The notes beneath the pieces were generated by a model, which searched no databases, had not been told where the DNA came from, and saw only the letters and a list, made by a program, of their open reading frames with translations. A stretch of 62,610 bases of DNA, the filler included. It is 4 parts of 4 records of this genome, joined end to end, with 100 filler letters (N's around TTAATTAATTAA, not from the genome) between each part and the next. Parts side by side here need not be neighbours in the genome. Positions count along the whole stretch, not along the records: positions 1 to 16,879 come from SRR20825019_1539; positions 16,980 to 33,894 come from SRR20825019_1547; 2 more parts are not named here. The stretch is one strand, 5' to 3'. A program made the translations under genes and the position numbers. Of the stretch, positions 13,758 to 26,570 are shown one piece after another (position 1 is the first letter of the stretch; each line of letters opens with the position of its first letter).

Positions 13758-13934
13758 GATGCCGTTATCACTTCACCCGATCTTGTCGCGACCCCGCCCG
13801 CCTGTTCTTTCACGTTACCGTGTTTCAGTGCACAAAAAATACACTGCTGTAAAAGAAGTTAGTGGTAGGATTGTCTTTAAGCCATGGAGTGAGGGCCTCG
13901 AGGCCAAAGGGCATGAACCCCTCACTTCTTGGTA

Positions 13935-14190
13935 GAGTGCGCCGGCAGCCCCCACTGGCCGGCCACCACGCACACGGCAAGAAAAGTGGAACCGGGCCGA
14001 CGGCGAAGCGGCTCGGAGTGAGCCCGACCGCCGGGGGCCCGGCGGGCCGCGCGGGCCGCGCCTCACCCACCGCCGGCGGCCCGGGCGCGGCGGCGGCGAC
14101 CCGGCCCCGGCGCTGCCCCCAGGGCTCCGGGCCGGCTCCGAGCCTAGCCACCGTCTGCGCACTGGGAGTCGTCGCGAGTGAGTGCCCGAA
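13935..14190. promoter_or_regulatory. GC-rich island between divergent genes
   Basis: Lies between 13757(-) and 14688(+), with gagtgag and gagtcg words. Confidence 0.45.
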
Positions 14191-14687
14191 ATTTCAAATC
14201 CGGTCCGAATCAACGGGGATGACATTGAGAGGTTAAGAGAGGAAGGAAATTTTCGTGACAGCTAAATATGACTCCAACTTTATTAGGTTCTTGGAAGATT
14301 TCCCAATGATTTATATTGAGATATTTCGTTATTAATAGATGTGTAGGCCAAACCCTCTCCTCTAGCACCCCCTGCCTTGACACGGGCCGTACCAAGCGTG
14401 GGGCTGGTGGCGCTCTTTGGTGATGATCACTCCGGGCCATGCCGGAGGAACTACTACCCCGGCCTAGCGCGTGATGTGGCCACGAGTGAAGGGAGAGCTC
14501 TCTGTAGGGGGCAAAACAACCAAGAGTTGATTACTAGGGCAGCCTCAGGGGCCGGAATGGAACGGCCCCTTCGGCACGCGTCTCCTGGAAATGGGTGATA
14601 CAGGACCTAAGGAGTCTGAGTCTGATGCAACCTAATATATGAACATGGGAGAATAATAGGTGGAGGTTGTGGTTACCAAGTTTCGCC

Positions 14688-16101
14688 ATGAAGGTTGTCG
14701 TTGGCGTACTTGTCGTCTGCCTTGCGGCTTCGGCCGTACAGGCTAGCTATCTCGACCAACTCGAGGAAGTTGATATGCTGAAACCTTCTGAGTGCCGTGC
14801 TCTCAAATGTGTCAACGGGGGGATGCTGGATGCTGAGAATTGCAAGTGTGTGTGCCCGCACCCTTTTAAGGGGCGCACATGCCGCAGTGAGTGGACTGTT
14901 GTGATGGAATGACCCTTGCCTTACCCGTTGTTTGCTAGCCTGCGCTCGGGCATGCGCGAACGGTGGTGAGATTGACAGTAAGACTTGCCAGTGCAAGTGT
15001 GAGAGCGGATTTGATGGACAGACTTGCCACCACAAAGTCGGCGCTCCTCTCCCTCCAGTACATGCTCATAGTAAGAAGAAGTTGCCCCCTGTCCCCAAGA
15101 TGAAGCTTGACGAGGTAGGAAAAAGGCTGCCTATAGAATTAACGTTTTAACAATTGGATGGTCCACTTATGTTTAGGTGGCTTTGAGTACTGTCGCCAAC
15201 GCCTTGGAAAAGGTTGATGCTACGATGGGTTGCACTCAGGCTGGCGCGGGTGAGGCATGCAACCACTTCCTTTACACTATCTGCCACGGAAGCAAAGATG
15301 CCGATGAGGACGGCACCTTTGTGCTGGAGGACACGATGAAGTGCACTAGGTGGATGCTTGGTAGTGATGCACTTAAGATACTCATGCACCCTATGGCCGG
15401 CGATCTTAGCGACTTCATTGTTGTCCGTAACATGATTGATGCCAAGGGTGCCCTTAACTTGCCCCACCAGGAAGAGGTGGGTATGTGTCCCGCTGCGCAA
15501 GTTTTTTTCTGACGAGTATTATTGTTCCAGGCCACTACTGGAGGAAACCAGGGGGCGCAGATCTCCATGGGAGGCCGGGTTGGATTCACACTTTGCCGCG
15601 TCACTGAGAATGAGGAGTACAATAATCCCGCTGCTGGTGAGAACATCAACGTCATGGAGAGTGCCCACTGCTCCGATGTTTTGAAGCAGGTTGGTGGACT
15701 AGTGGTGTTGGGGAGTCTCAGGCTTCTGAAGCGAGTTGTAGGAGGAATTGGCTCCCCGTTTTGTGTACTTGCTCACTGACGATGAGACGGAGAATCACAC
15801 TACCGATCACGACACTGCTGCAATGGACGAGGTCCCTGCCAAGAATAATGTTGTCACCGGTGCGAACGCTGCCCCGCAATTCTTGAACTCTTTCCTGGCC
15901 CCTAAGACCATGGACATGGAGGAATTGCAGTCCCGTACTACTGAGGCCTCCAAGATCATGAGCGAGGTGAGTGTTGATACGGACACTGGTTAAAACTCCT
16001 TGTCTTCTGACAAGCTTTACCATCAGGTGCGCGCCAAGCTGGGGATCAAGTCAAAGCAATCCGGCGATCTCTTCGTTTTCGACGAGGATACGACGGCATA
16101 G
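14688..16101 (+). CDS. Secreted protein with two EGF-like repeats and an unknown Cys-containing C-terminal region
   Basis: Signal peptide MKVVVGVLVVCLAASAVQA. EGF-like units CVNGG..NCKCVCPHPFKGRTC and CANGG..TCQCKCESGFDGQTC. Exons splice in frame to TAG at 16099-16101. Confidence 0.75.
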
Positions 16102-16879
16102 AGTAAAGCATCTCCGTCTCGTATGCTGCCTGTGTAACACCTGGTGTATTTTGCGGCCGCTCACCCGGCTTGGCGGTAGGCCCAGGCCTGCTGGCTGACC
16201 GGGCGGTTATCCTGGCGTCGTCAGCAGAGTCGCAGTCACGGCGACTTGCCGCCAAGCTGCCGGCCCCAGGTAGCACATCAGTCAGTGGTGGGCGGACCAC
16301 TTGGCTGACAGACCCTTTTTTAGGGGTTTTTTAGGCCTTTATCGACCAACCTAAAAGCCATCTAAAAATAGAAGCAATCATCACCACACTCGGATCATTC
16401 AGTGGTGAACTGATCGGGAAGTCATCATCATCGGGACGGAGTTGAACGCCTGTCTTCTTTATGGCCGTCTTAAGTTGGGCCGGTCGGTGTGTTCAATGTA
16501 CTCATTTCCTCTGTGGATTACTAAACTGCTTCTGACGCGAGTCTCGATAGCGAAGTGTCCGCGTCACAGGTGTCACTGAGGGGACTGAAAGTCATATTGT
16601 ATCTGGTTCTGCGCGCACCCTGGATGCATGCCGTTGTTTGTTATGCTTGAAGCCGGATACGTTTGGAGCCACAATGTTCAGACGAAGGGCACATCGAGAT
16701 GAAATCTGTCTAGACTCGGCTCTCGCTTACCTTGGAGGATTCGGCTGGCGAATGAATGCGTTTATTTCGAAGATTAAATATCCCCTGTGGTTCATGCAGG
16801 TTGCACCACATGTGCTGCACGGTTCCCGCCGTACTCCAACATTCCGCCAGTGGCGTGGACACATCCCACTCCAAGCCCC

Positions 16880-16979
16880 NNNNNNNNNNNNNNNNNNNNN
16901 NNNNNNNNNNNNNNNNNNNNNNNTTAATTAATTAANNNNNNNNNNNNNNNNNNNNNNNNNNNNNNNNNNNNNNNNNNNN
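16880..16979. other. Artificial contig-joining spacer
   Basis: 44 N + TTAATTAATTAA (stops in all six frames) + 44 N, exactly 100 bp, identical to the other two spacers. Confidence 0.98.
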
Positions 16980-17025
16980 AAAAAAAAAAAAAAAAAAAAA
17001 AACTCAAGAGCAGTCGCACCCTCAC

Positions 17026-17481
17026 TCACACAGCCCACCGGACTGACACTAACCTCTCTTTTGCGTGCTTGACGGTTTCAGTTCCTTGTGCCCTCCTTCC
17101 CATAACCCAATCAAGAGGTGACACGATGTGTCTGTTACCGCCATCGCTGTTGTCTGGATGATGTTTGCCATACAGCGCCCACTTCGCATGAACAGCCGCC
17201 TGGGAGGACTGGCTTGCCGCTTCGTCCAATGCGTTCCTCAGAGTCCCCTGAGGGTCAACGGGGGACCTGTTCGTCACGTCGCCTGCCACATGCAGGACCT
17301 CATCCCGATAGTGGCTATCAGCGGCCGCCTGGAAACCCCGCCGAAAGGTTCGAACGGTGCTGAGTATGACGGGCTCAGACTGGTGGACTGCCCGAGCGCC
17401 GGCGTGGACTGTGGCAACAAGCGCAGCCAGGTTCAGCAGAAGACTCGCCGCGACCAGGCGGGTAAGGGTTATCTTGACCAT
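17026..17481 (-). CDS. 5' exon of a signal-peptide or membrane-anchored protein, truncated by the contig end
   Basis: Hydrophobic N-terminus MVKITLTRLVAASLLLNLAALVATVHA, a likely donor site near 17052, and a GC island upstream. Confidence 0.5.
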   Translation of the reverse strand: MVKITLTRLVAASLLLNLAALVATVHAGARAVHQSEPVILSTVRTFRRGFQAAADSHYRDEVLHVAGDVTNRSPVDPQGTLRNALDEAASQSSQAAVHAKWALYGKHHPDNSDGGNRHIVSPLDWVMGRRAQGTETVKHAKERLVSVRWAV

Positions 17482-18565
17482 GACTAAGGCCACAAGCCTC
17501 TTGGCTTGTCATCCAGCACGAGGGGTGACATATATGGAGGCTTGGAGATCTAACCCCGCCGCCCGGTGCCTGGGTGCCGCAGTCGCACCTGACGCCCGCG
17601 GGCCGGGGACCACGGACGACCGGATGACCGACACAGGCTGACGCGGCGGCCAGCGCCTCACCGGCACAGTCAGCCCGAGCAGGGTCCTCACGCGGCGTGA
17701 GTGCGGGCCCCCGGCCGAGTGGGCTAGCCGCGGTGGTGACAGGGCCGGGCCGCGTCGGTCGGCCGCGAGCCCGGGGCCGGGGGGGCCGGGGGCGGCCGTC
17801 AGTGCCGTGCGGTCACTGCCCAGCACCTTACGCCCACCGACCGACGTACCGTACGGTACCGTACAGAAATTCGTTCGTCGTAGTACAAACCGAGTTTCCC
17901 ATTGGAGTGCGAGGGTCGGATTCTGCAGGTCCGCAACGGCGGGCTTGGGGTCGGATCGGGGACTGCGACTGCCACTGTTTGGCGGAACGTTGACTGTTCG
18001 GGCGGGACGCTGACTCTTTGCCGAGAACCGGAACCCGGAGAGTCGTTTACGAAGAGTGTGGTAATGGTCTGAATGCACTCTTATTTGTACAGATTTGTAC
18101 TCAGAATCGACGGTTTAGTGTTAGGGCCGGTCCTCATCAACAGGTTACTAACCCAATACGTAGGGTGTTGCATGCTCATCCGTGAAAGCACCGTGGAAGT
18201 TTCCAGCAAGAGAATGCGGCATGCAGCGAAATGAAAGACACGCGGTGCAGGGTGGATGTGGACTTCATTGGCGGCCAATATCTGGACATTAAGCGGGTTC
18301 TAACCCTGTGCCCGGGTTGGGGTTAGGTTGGCAATTGGCTTGCGGTCACTTAGTTCAACAGGAGGTCGGCCGATCAGGTCGCCTTTGATGGCTGCTACTG
18401 GAGTATTATATCGCGCGAGACCTTGCCACGTTAGAACCTCATCGTGAAGCCTCGAATACATCATAACCTCTCCTATGCGCTCGCTGGGTTGCAGCCTAAT
18501 GAAGGTCCTCATCTCCCTCCTGTTGTCGATTCACGCCTTCGGGTTGTCAATCGGTTGAAGGAGGT

Positions 18566-19456
18566 TCACTTGATCAGAGCAAGGAAGATATAGGTGCCAT
18601 CAAAGGTCATCTCGTGACACATTGTCCACCACAAGTGCCTGCAGTCAAATAGCCCTCGGCTCACCATCACGCTCGGATACGAGTAAGAATTGCTTGACCA
18701 TGTCCCCACCACAGTCATTTCCTTCACGACTTGAAACTTGGGAAGTATATGTTTGGGAATGGAGACGCGTTGATCGTATTCCTTCAGCCGCATTGCACCA
18801 TTGTCCAGCATCAGTAGAGCGACGCCACCCGGTTTCAGCGCGGCGTGGATGTTGGTTATATAATCCCTGATTTCTTCTTCGGACATGTCAATCCAGCCCA
18901 GGACACCAAAGCTTGCCACCAAATCGTAGTACCCCAGCCGCTGGGGGTACTTGGAAATGATGTCTTGAGCGATGATCGGCATCACGTGGTCGTAAATGCC
19001 CTCACAATACTGGTGAATAAAGGGTTCATGCGGCTCCAGCAGTGACAGCTCCACGCTTGCTTTCGCTTCGGCCGTGGTGAGGCCCATCTTTTCCCTCAAG
19101 TTCCAGCCCAGACAGCCAATGTCTAGAACCCTCCAGGGTTCCTTCGGGGTGCCTGTCATGTGTCTACCTAGCACCTTCCACACGTGCAGCTTAACAACCT
19201 GACTAGAGTTTATGTCAGTATGGAGAGAATCTGGCGGCACATCAAAGACTTCCGCTAGGGCGGCTGCAAAGCGACTGCTCGGTGGGATCGGTGACGGCAT
19301 TGGGTATGACCTGGGAGGCCCTGGGAAGATAAATGCGTGGAACCGATACACGAAAACGAACATCAAAACAGCGGCCGCAACACCCATGTTCACTTGGCAA
19401 CCCCTGCGCGGGAGGCGCCGTGCAAACCGGCTTGGCGTAGCTGCGTGTGCAACCAT
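18566..19456 (-). CDS. Class I SAM-dependent methyltransferase with N-terminal transmembrane anchor
   Basis: Motif I VLDIGCLG, YYDLVASFGVLGW and ALKPGGVALL. TM segment GVAAAVLMFVFVY followed by a Pro-rich stem. Confidence 0.8.
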   Translation of the reverse strand: MVAHAATPSRFARRLPRRGCQVNMGVAAAVLMFVFVYRFHAFIFPGPPRSYPMPSPIPPSSRFAAALAEVFDVPPDSLHTDINSSQVVKLHVWKVLGRHMTGTPKEPWRVLDIGCLGWNLREKMGLTTAEAKASVELSLLEPHEPFIHQYCEGIYDHVMPIIAQDIISKYPQRLGYYDLVASFGVLGWIDMSEEEIRDYITNIHAALKPGGVALLMLDNGAMRLKEYDQRVSIPKHILPKFQVVKEMTVVGTWSSNSYSYPSVMVSRGLFDCRHLWWTMCHEMTFDGTYIFLALIK

Positions 19457-19504
19457 GGGATAATGAAAACGAAGGGGGCTACGTGCCTCTCATATCTATC
19501 TATC

Positions 19505-20130
19505 TTAGGCCGGCCCGGGCCGGCCCGGGCCCGGGCCCCAACCGGCGCGGCCGGGGAGCTGAGCGGCCCGCGCTGCCGCCCGGGGCCGGTGCCCGGCCGT
19601 GGACTGGCTGGCAGGCCGCGCCGTGACGGTGGCTCAGGACCCAGTTGGCTGTGCCCAGCATTGAGTGCCCGGGGCCGGGCCGCGACTGCGGGCCGGGCCG
19701 CCGCCCCCCCCGGCGGCCGGGGACTGTGAGTCCTGGGCCGCCTTGAACCGGCCGCTCGGGGGCTCACTCACCTGACCGCCACCCGGACGAAGGCCGAACT
19801 TGGAACCGACCGGACGACTCGGAACCCGACCGGACCACTCGACCCGCCGGCGGGTAGCTCCGTCACTTGAAGTTCGAGTGATCATTCCGGGTTCATTCGT
19901 CAACCGCTGAGTTCGCCGGTTGCGTTCGGCACTCGCCCCGTCCGGCGGCGGTCCGGACATACCGGATAGTACCGACTGTACCGATATGACTGATAGCTCA
20001 GTCATACGCGTACTACCGTACGGCCGCCAGCGCCAGCCGCCGGGCGACCCCTGCGGTCCCGTCCCGCCCCCGGAGAGCGCGGGCGCGACTCCCGACTGAC
20101 CTCGGCATCCGGGGGGCGGCAGGTGACCGG
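19505..20130. promoter_or_regulatory. GC-rich island between divergent genes
   Basis: Lies between 19456(-) and 20356(+), with gtgagtc, ctcactcac and gactcg words. Confidence 0.45.
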
Positions 20131-20355
20131 GACCCGAAATTCGAACCCCGCCTGTTCGAATGGCCTCCCATTTCGTTTGTACGGTGCTGGCCAGTCGGCC
20201 CGGTTCGGTTCCGTTCGTCATTGTTGCGAAGGTGACGGCAGGCCGTCGGCCTTCTTAGTTATATCGATACGGCCCCTCCCAGTCAAGCACCCTGACCCGG
20301 ACTGAAACCAGCCGGTGCCACGCCGGGCAGCCCATCGTCCCCGCCCGCACGCCTT

Positions 20356-22173
20356 ATGGCCTCTGAGGCCCCACCTGCGGGTTTGTTGGACTTGCCCCAC
20401 GATGTTCTACACGACTTGGTGTCACGCCTGGACGAGGCTGCCTTCCACTGCTTTGCCCAGACGTGCAGGTCCGCTTGGACTTTCGCGGTCGAAGTGACCG
20501 CGATTCGGCTGCGAAGGGCTGTTGAGGGGCAGCGAGGCCGGGTGGCCACGATGGAGGCCCGGTCTATTGAGGACCTTGATGAAGAGGCTGCCACTTCGAT
20601 GAGCCAGGCCCGTGCGAGATACGATGTGAGTATTTATATGCCGGCATTGTGCTCGATTCGTCCGGTTGTGGTGTGGCTGCTGTCAACATGATGTTACAGA
20701 TGCACAAATGGTTCGTGGACTTGCTGACAGTGTTCCTTAGGTCAGTCACGTGCTGGAGCTCAGGTCATTCGCTCATCCGCCCGTCGCTGTCAGCTATGCG
20801 CTAGAGGCGATGTTGGTTGCTTTCGGGGACAAATTGGATGGCAGCGCAAGAGCCGTCGTTATGAAACACTGCCGCGTCGAGGGGGGCTGCACCCCCATCT
20901 CTACCCATAGTACAAGGTATGATGCCATGATCAAGGGACCAGGCACTGGCAAGGGTGACACTGGCGGGGTTGAGTGTGGCTTGGTGATTACAGGATGGGG
21001 CCGCTCAGGTCGGGCACACGCGCGGGAGTTCCTGCAGTCCAGGGTGCCGGGGTTGGAAGACTGGAAGTGGCGACTGGTTTGGGAGGAGACATTCCGTGCG
21101 GTGGTGTGGTCTTAGGCGGTCGGCGGAAAGCTCACTGGATGCGGGCCGGGTTGAGCAAGGCAGGGTATTCATTGATGCATCTGACATCCAGCGCAGGAAA
21201 TGGTGCCCGGACACCCCTCCCCTCAGGGTCGCGATGGCAGTTCTTCTTGACAGCCCGCGGTGGCACATGGAGGCGATGGCCTCTATCAGGTGGGTGTGGA
21301 CGGGCCGTGCCTGTATGGGGCTGTGACTGGCGTGATGATGCGCCGTTCCGAGGATGTCCTCGGGCCGAGCCTCGAGGGCCGGGCGGGTGGGTTGGTGCCG
21401 GCACGTACTCAACTGCCGTTGTATGAGATCGGGTTGAATAATGAATGACCGAGCGCATCCGCAGACCAAGTGAGTTGTCCGGCGAACGTGCTGAGATACT
21501 TCTGGTAAGAACTAACGTGCCCACCGTGGCGACCACGATGGTCGACCGGCCTGGCCCAACTGACTCGGAGGCATGCCACACAGGGATACACCGATGGGCC
21601 ACACAGGTCGCTGATGGACCCGCACAAGACCGACAATTGCTCCATCTTCGTTGGTGCGATCGCGAGGTGGCTCCGTGCCCTTGCCGAGTACTCGCTGCCT
21701 GTCCAGCGAGTCAAGGTGAAGTCCTTTTCACCCCTCACCCCCGATGTCCTCTCGCACTCTCAAAATGTATAGATGTATCGGCCACCATATTCTTGTGATG
21801 TATCAATCACCACCCTGTGTATGTTGTGGATCTTATTCTTGGAAAGTTGGCGAGGCGTCTATGCGATGGGCTGATAGAGGGGTCGCAGCTTGACAAGATG
21901 CAGAAGGCACTGGAGAGGATGGAGGCTATCCAGGCCGAAGGCCCGCCACACATCGCCCGGCACGCCCTGTCCAGGGGCGTTATTCTTCCAACTCAACGCA
22001 CGTGCGAGGCCTTGGAGGCGCGGGCGGCAGAATATTGTACCGAGGGTAAGTGGGCCGTCATGATCAAATGTCGTATTCGATGTGTTGGACTGACATGGTA
22101 GTGTAACACAGTGAACCTGCTGGCGGAGCGGCTTGATTCCTTGTATGAAGCTATAGGAGGCTTTCATAGATAG
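20356..22173 (+). CDS. F-box-like protein with a dynein-stalk-like segment (multi-exon; internal exons uncertain)
   Basis: N-terminal LLDLPHDVLHDLVSRLD..FAQTCR fits the F-box pattern. After intron 20626-20740 the reading is VSHVLELRSFAHPPVAVSYALEAMLVAFG. The last exon ends at TAG 22171-22173. Confidence 0.55.
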
Positions 22174-22238
22174 CCATTCCGGCTGGCAGGGCGGTTTATT
22201 TTTCGATCTCGGGTACTAGGATATTGCTCCTATCACCA

Positions 22239-25200
22239 CTACTGTGCCAACGTGCCCGTGTCGGCGGCACTTTGATGAACCGGCTGGTAAGTGCCTGTGT
22301 TGGCTGCAGTTTGATGAACCGGCTGGTAAGTCGCCGTCTGGGGGTAGCCGCGCGGGACCTGTGGACCGTCGTTCAATGCAGCATAGCCTGCGTTGGAGCT
22401 GTATGGCAGTGCGGAGTTGCCGCCTTGCCCACCCGTATACATCATCCGTGGCTTGTTGTTGCCCCCGAGCTTGCAGTATGCGACGCAGCATATGACCATG
22501 ACAATGCACACAACGACTAAGAAGAACGCGGCACCAATCCCGACCGCTGAAAACCGAGTTAGTTGGTCGTGGCACTGATACTGTAAATACCCATTGATTA
22601 CTCACGTATCAACCAATCAGGCCATTTGAAGCCATCGTGATCGAATGGGCTCTTGTACGGGTATTTCTCGGCGGGGGGGTTGACCGGATCGTATTCCTTT
22701 ACCCAATGGTCAACCACAGTGGCCTCGGCACCCGCAGACACTCTCTGGGCCATCTTGTCCCCCTGCGCCACCAGATCGTCCGAGCACGAGGCGGCTGTGA
22801 GGCGTTTTCCATTGATTACAAGGGCAAACGACTGCTCATCATCAATAACCTTATTGCCCCTGACACCAACGATATAGGTGCCGGGCGTCGCATTGGGAAT
22901 GACGATCTTTTCAACATTGTTCAGGTTATCGAAAGAGCGCTGATAGAGTTGCAACACTGAAAGTCAGAAATCCGGGCATTTGCCATCGAGGGCACGAACA
23001 CCACCTCCATACCTGATTATTTCCGGCCCAGATATCTGTGGCATCCTTCTTGGTCATCCACAAGTCCAGGTCGTTCACAAGGGCCTTGGACGCGCTGGCA
23101 TATGCTGGCTTATCTGTGTACACAAGCGACACTCTCAGGGGTGTCTCCTGGGCCACCGTGAAACAGCGATGGAAGGAGGAGCCGTCACTGACCGACGGGT
23201 CTGCATAGGTCGCCTTGGCCGAATGATCCGCGGCGAGGAGGAGTGATGTCGCTTCATCGCCGTCTCGTTCGGGGAGCGGGATGGCCTGGTCGAGTTGGGG
23301 ACGGCCGTGACCCTCGTAGTTGTTTGGCATGACTTGATGGTGAAGGGTGGTTGTACTGTCGGCGATTTTGCCGCGGAGGGGCACAGCAGCGTTAATCACA
23401 ATCGCCTTGACCAGGGCGGCGCTGGGCTTCAATGGAATCTTCTCGGCGGCACCCACCGGGAACGAGCCGCTCTCAAAGTACTGGCGGATGACCGCGGTCA
23501 TTCCAGCGACAAGGGGGGTGGCCATTGATGTCCCGCTCATCTCGGTCAAGACATTGTTATAGGCACCCTTCTCCGGCTCGCCGCATGCTTGGGCAGTAAC
23601 GCCAGTGCCACCCTTACCCTTGACAGACACAATGAATTGACCGGGGGCAACCACATCGGGTTTGATACGAGAGTCACTTGCGGGGCCCCGTGACGAAAAG
23701 TCCGCCAGATTCTCCAGGTTGTACTCGGTGTACTTGCTCCGAATCTTTGCTATTTCCTCCTGGCAGCACAGGCCAGCAACCGAAGGCTTCAGAGACGGAT
23801 ACAAGATGCATAAGAAACTGCGCGAGCCCTTGCAAAACTTGTCTGGGCAACACTCGTCATTACTCTTCAACTCGTAACCCGAACCATCAAGAGCATCGTT
23901 AAGCATCTTGCGATTACTGTCCAGGTCCACGTAGTACACTGAGTTCCTGGCCCCCCAGACGGTATTGACGGATGCGCCCACAGTGAGGGCATTCTTGGCC
24001 TGCAAAGGTAAAGACAGGCGGGTAAGAACGATACACAACTGAGACAACCCGGGCATCTGGGCATACCTGTGCCTCAGTTCCAACGGTGCGCGACCCGTCT
24101 GTGCCACTATTTCCCGCGGCGAAGAGAACGAGGAAGTCCGGATGTTTGTGCACAAATTCGTCGATCTCCAAAGACTGCATCATGATCACATGGCGAGTGA
24201 GATCGCGGTAACGCATGGAGAATGACGAAGGGCACTTACATGACTGCTGTAATAATTCTTATAAGATCCTCCCCAGCTGTGAACGAGAGAATAGTCAGTC
24301 GGTGCAATACCAGTGCGGGCTTGACTCACCTGTTGCTGTGGATGCGGGCGCCGTTCTGATAGGCAAAGGGAAACAAATGGGTGCCCAGATCGTCTGGCAC
24401 GTACACAGCCGCGTCGCTCTTTTCACAACGGCCTGAGCATATGAAGGGCATGTAGTCGGGATCCTCAGTAACACAGCCTCCCGACGTCTGGCAGCCCACA
24501 TCAGTAAAGAGAAGCTTTGAGCCTGGAGCCATCCCCTTGAACGTCGCGAGATAGGCCCCTTTGTCGCCGGCCTTGCCCGCATCCACATTGCCGAGGACGC
24601 TTCCGCAAACATGGGTGCCGTGGCCGCCTAAGTAGTCATACTGATCCATATGCGCCCAGTATCCTTGGATCTTGCGGTGCCCGGATGCTGCCAGCTGCTT
24701 GGGCGACCGCACCACCTGCACGTGCTCCTCATCGTAGAACGCACATCGCTGGTAGTCGACACCGCTGTCCGCAACGGCGACCGTCACGTCGGAGCCATCG
24801 AATCCACCATCAAGGAAGGGCTCCTTCATATCGTCTCCGTACGCTTCGCCCATCTGAAGCGTGACGCGGGCATACCTGTTGTTCACCTGCTTAGGGAACA
24901 TTCGCTCAACACCGACCACGGAGGGGATCGCCGCGACCGCATTGACGACACGGTCGAGGTCACTCCGCTCTACGGCCACCGCAACCTTGCCTCCGCGGAT
25001 TGAGGCGGCACGGCTCACTCCTTGCATTGCCCGGATGGCCGTTGTTCCAACGTCAGCCAGTTGCGCGTTCGGGAACATGACATAGAGGCTAATGACGGGA
25101 GAAAGGTCCAATCCTTTCTTTTCCCCAAGCAACTTCAACGCCACTCTTTCGATGGGGGTGTTGGCCGCGCGGACCGCATTCTCGTGCTCGGCCTCCTGGG

Positions 25201-25668
25201 CACTGATACTGGCGGAACGATACTTCTTCCGGTCAGGTGTCACGATGGTGACAAACGTGACGGCATCCCTGGCCTTGGCCGCCAGGGCGACGGACTCTGA
25301 GCAGTACACGAGGGCGGTGTCCTCTGTGAGAAAGATAGTCGTGAGAACCCAATCACAAGGCAAGAGAAGGGCGGGAGTGGACCAGGACTGGCACAGGACT
25401 TACCGGGAACATATCCAACCAAGACGAACCCAAGCTCCGCCGCCAGTGCGCTAACGGCGGCCTCGGAGTACTTGGCAAACTGTATGAGGTACAGGGCGTC
25501 CCGTTGAACAGCCCCCGACGCCGCGTAGGCGAACTCAGGAGAAACAGACTCCGCACTGGAGCGAGGGTTTATCGGCTCGGATGAATCGCCAAAGTGGATA
25601 AGGCGAGGCTCGGAAGTCGATGCCACCGCCAGTGCAGCCAGCAACAGGAGCAAGAGGCACCGCATCAT
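22239..25668 (-). CDS. Membrane-anchored subtilisin-like serine protease (S8, KP-43/TagA-like), multi-exon
   Basis: Signal peptide MMRCLLLLLL. Catalytic motifs VAVADSGVD, GGHGTHVCGS, FAAGNSG and SGTSMATP, plus FSSRGP..RIKPDVVAPG, LVNDLDL and NNVEKI. C-terminal TM PVGIGAAFFLVVVCIVMVICC. Confidence 0.93.
22271..22331. repeat. 39-bp-period coding tandem duplication in the subtilase cytoplasmic tail
   Basis: tttgatgaaccggctggtaagt occurs twice, encoding TYQPVHQ(T/S)AA(N/D)TG twice on the minus strand. Confidence 0.8.
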
Positions 25669-26570
25669 TGCCAGTTACCGTGCTTAAATGCGCCGGACCA
25701 GTGATATATCTACAACACTTGGTAGGTCTCGGTCAGTGGACCGGTCCATACTCCGGGATGGAGCGCGGCAGCATGTGGTGCGCTTGGACCTGTGGCGGCC
25801 GGGCACGCCCGTGGGCAGTAGTTCTGTGCTCTCAAGACTGACATGCCAAGCCGCCCGAGCAGCCGCGGCTTTGCTCCAGTACCCACACTGGCGGTGTTCC
25901 AATAGGGCACCGATTGGCTGACACCCGGATTAACTAACACCCACCAGCCGCCGCCGTGCAGCTCAGGTGGAGCCCGGCCAGACCGCGGAGATTGGACTTG
26001 TTCGTGCTCTCACGTCAGTACTGTGATGAGTACCCCTCAGTGAATGCCATGATCCTGACATCCTGGGGCATCTCCCGCAGTGTTCCAAGCCGGGGGCACC
26101 GATTCAGCTCTATTATTAGTACCGCAATCAGTTTTCAGTCCTCGGACCTCGAAATAACGAAACGATGCTCGTGTAACGAAATGCGTATGTTGAGTCGCCC
26201 ACGGGATCCCCGCCGCCGGGGGCGCCCGCGGGCCGCATCCCGGAAGCGGTCAGCGTGGGGAGGAGTTGCTCGGACTGACGCGCCTCACACTCGGCGTCGG
26301 TCTCCCGGGAGGTCAGGGGCGACCTTACCGTTCCGCGCGCCCACGGCCCCAACCAGGCCGTTCAGGCCAGACCCACCCGCCACCTTGGCCTGCTCGCGGT
26401 CAGGCCGTTCACCCCCGGTCACCGGAAGGCGCCCTTGGGCCCGGTGGTGCTAGGTGCAGCAGACCAGAGCCTAGGGACCAGCCAGGCCGAGCTCACTCTA
26501 CAACTCGTCGGTTCTATTGGAGGCGAGAATATTTGTATCGCTTAGTGGAGTACAGGAGAGCCTTGAGGCA

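Noticed and set aside
16880-16979. TTAATTAATTAA palindromes as transposon ends or a biological repeat
   Set aside because: The motif is centred in identical 100-bp N spacers three times. It is a six-frame-stop linker, so adjacency across it means nothing.
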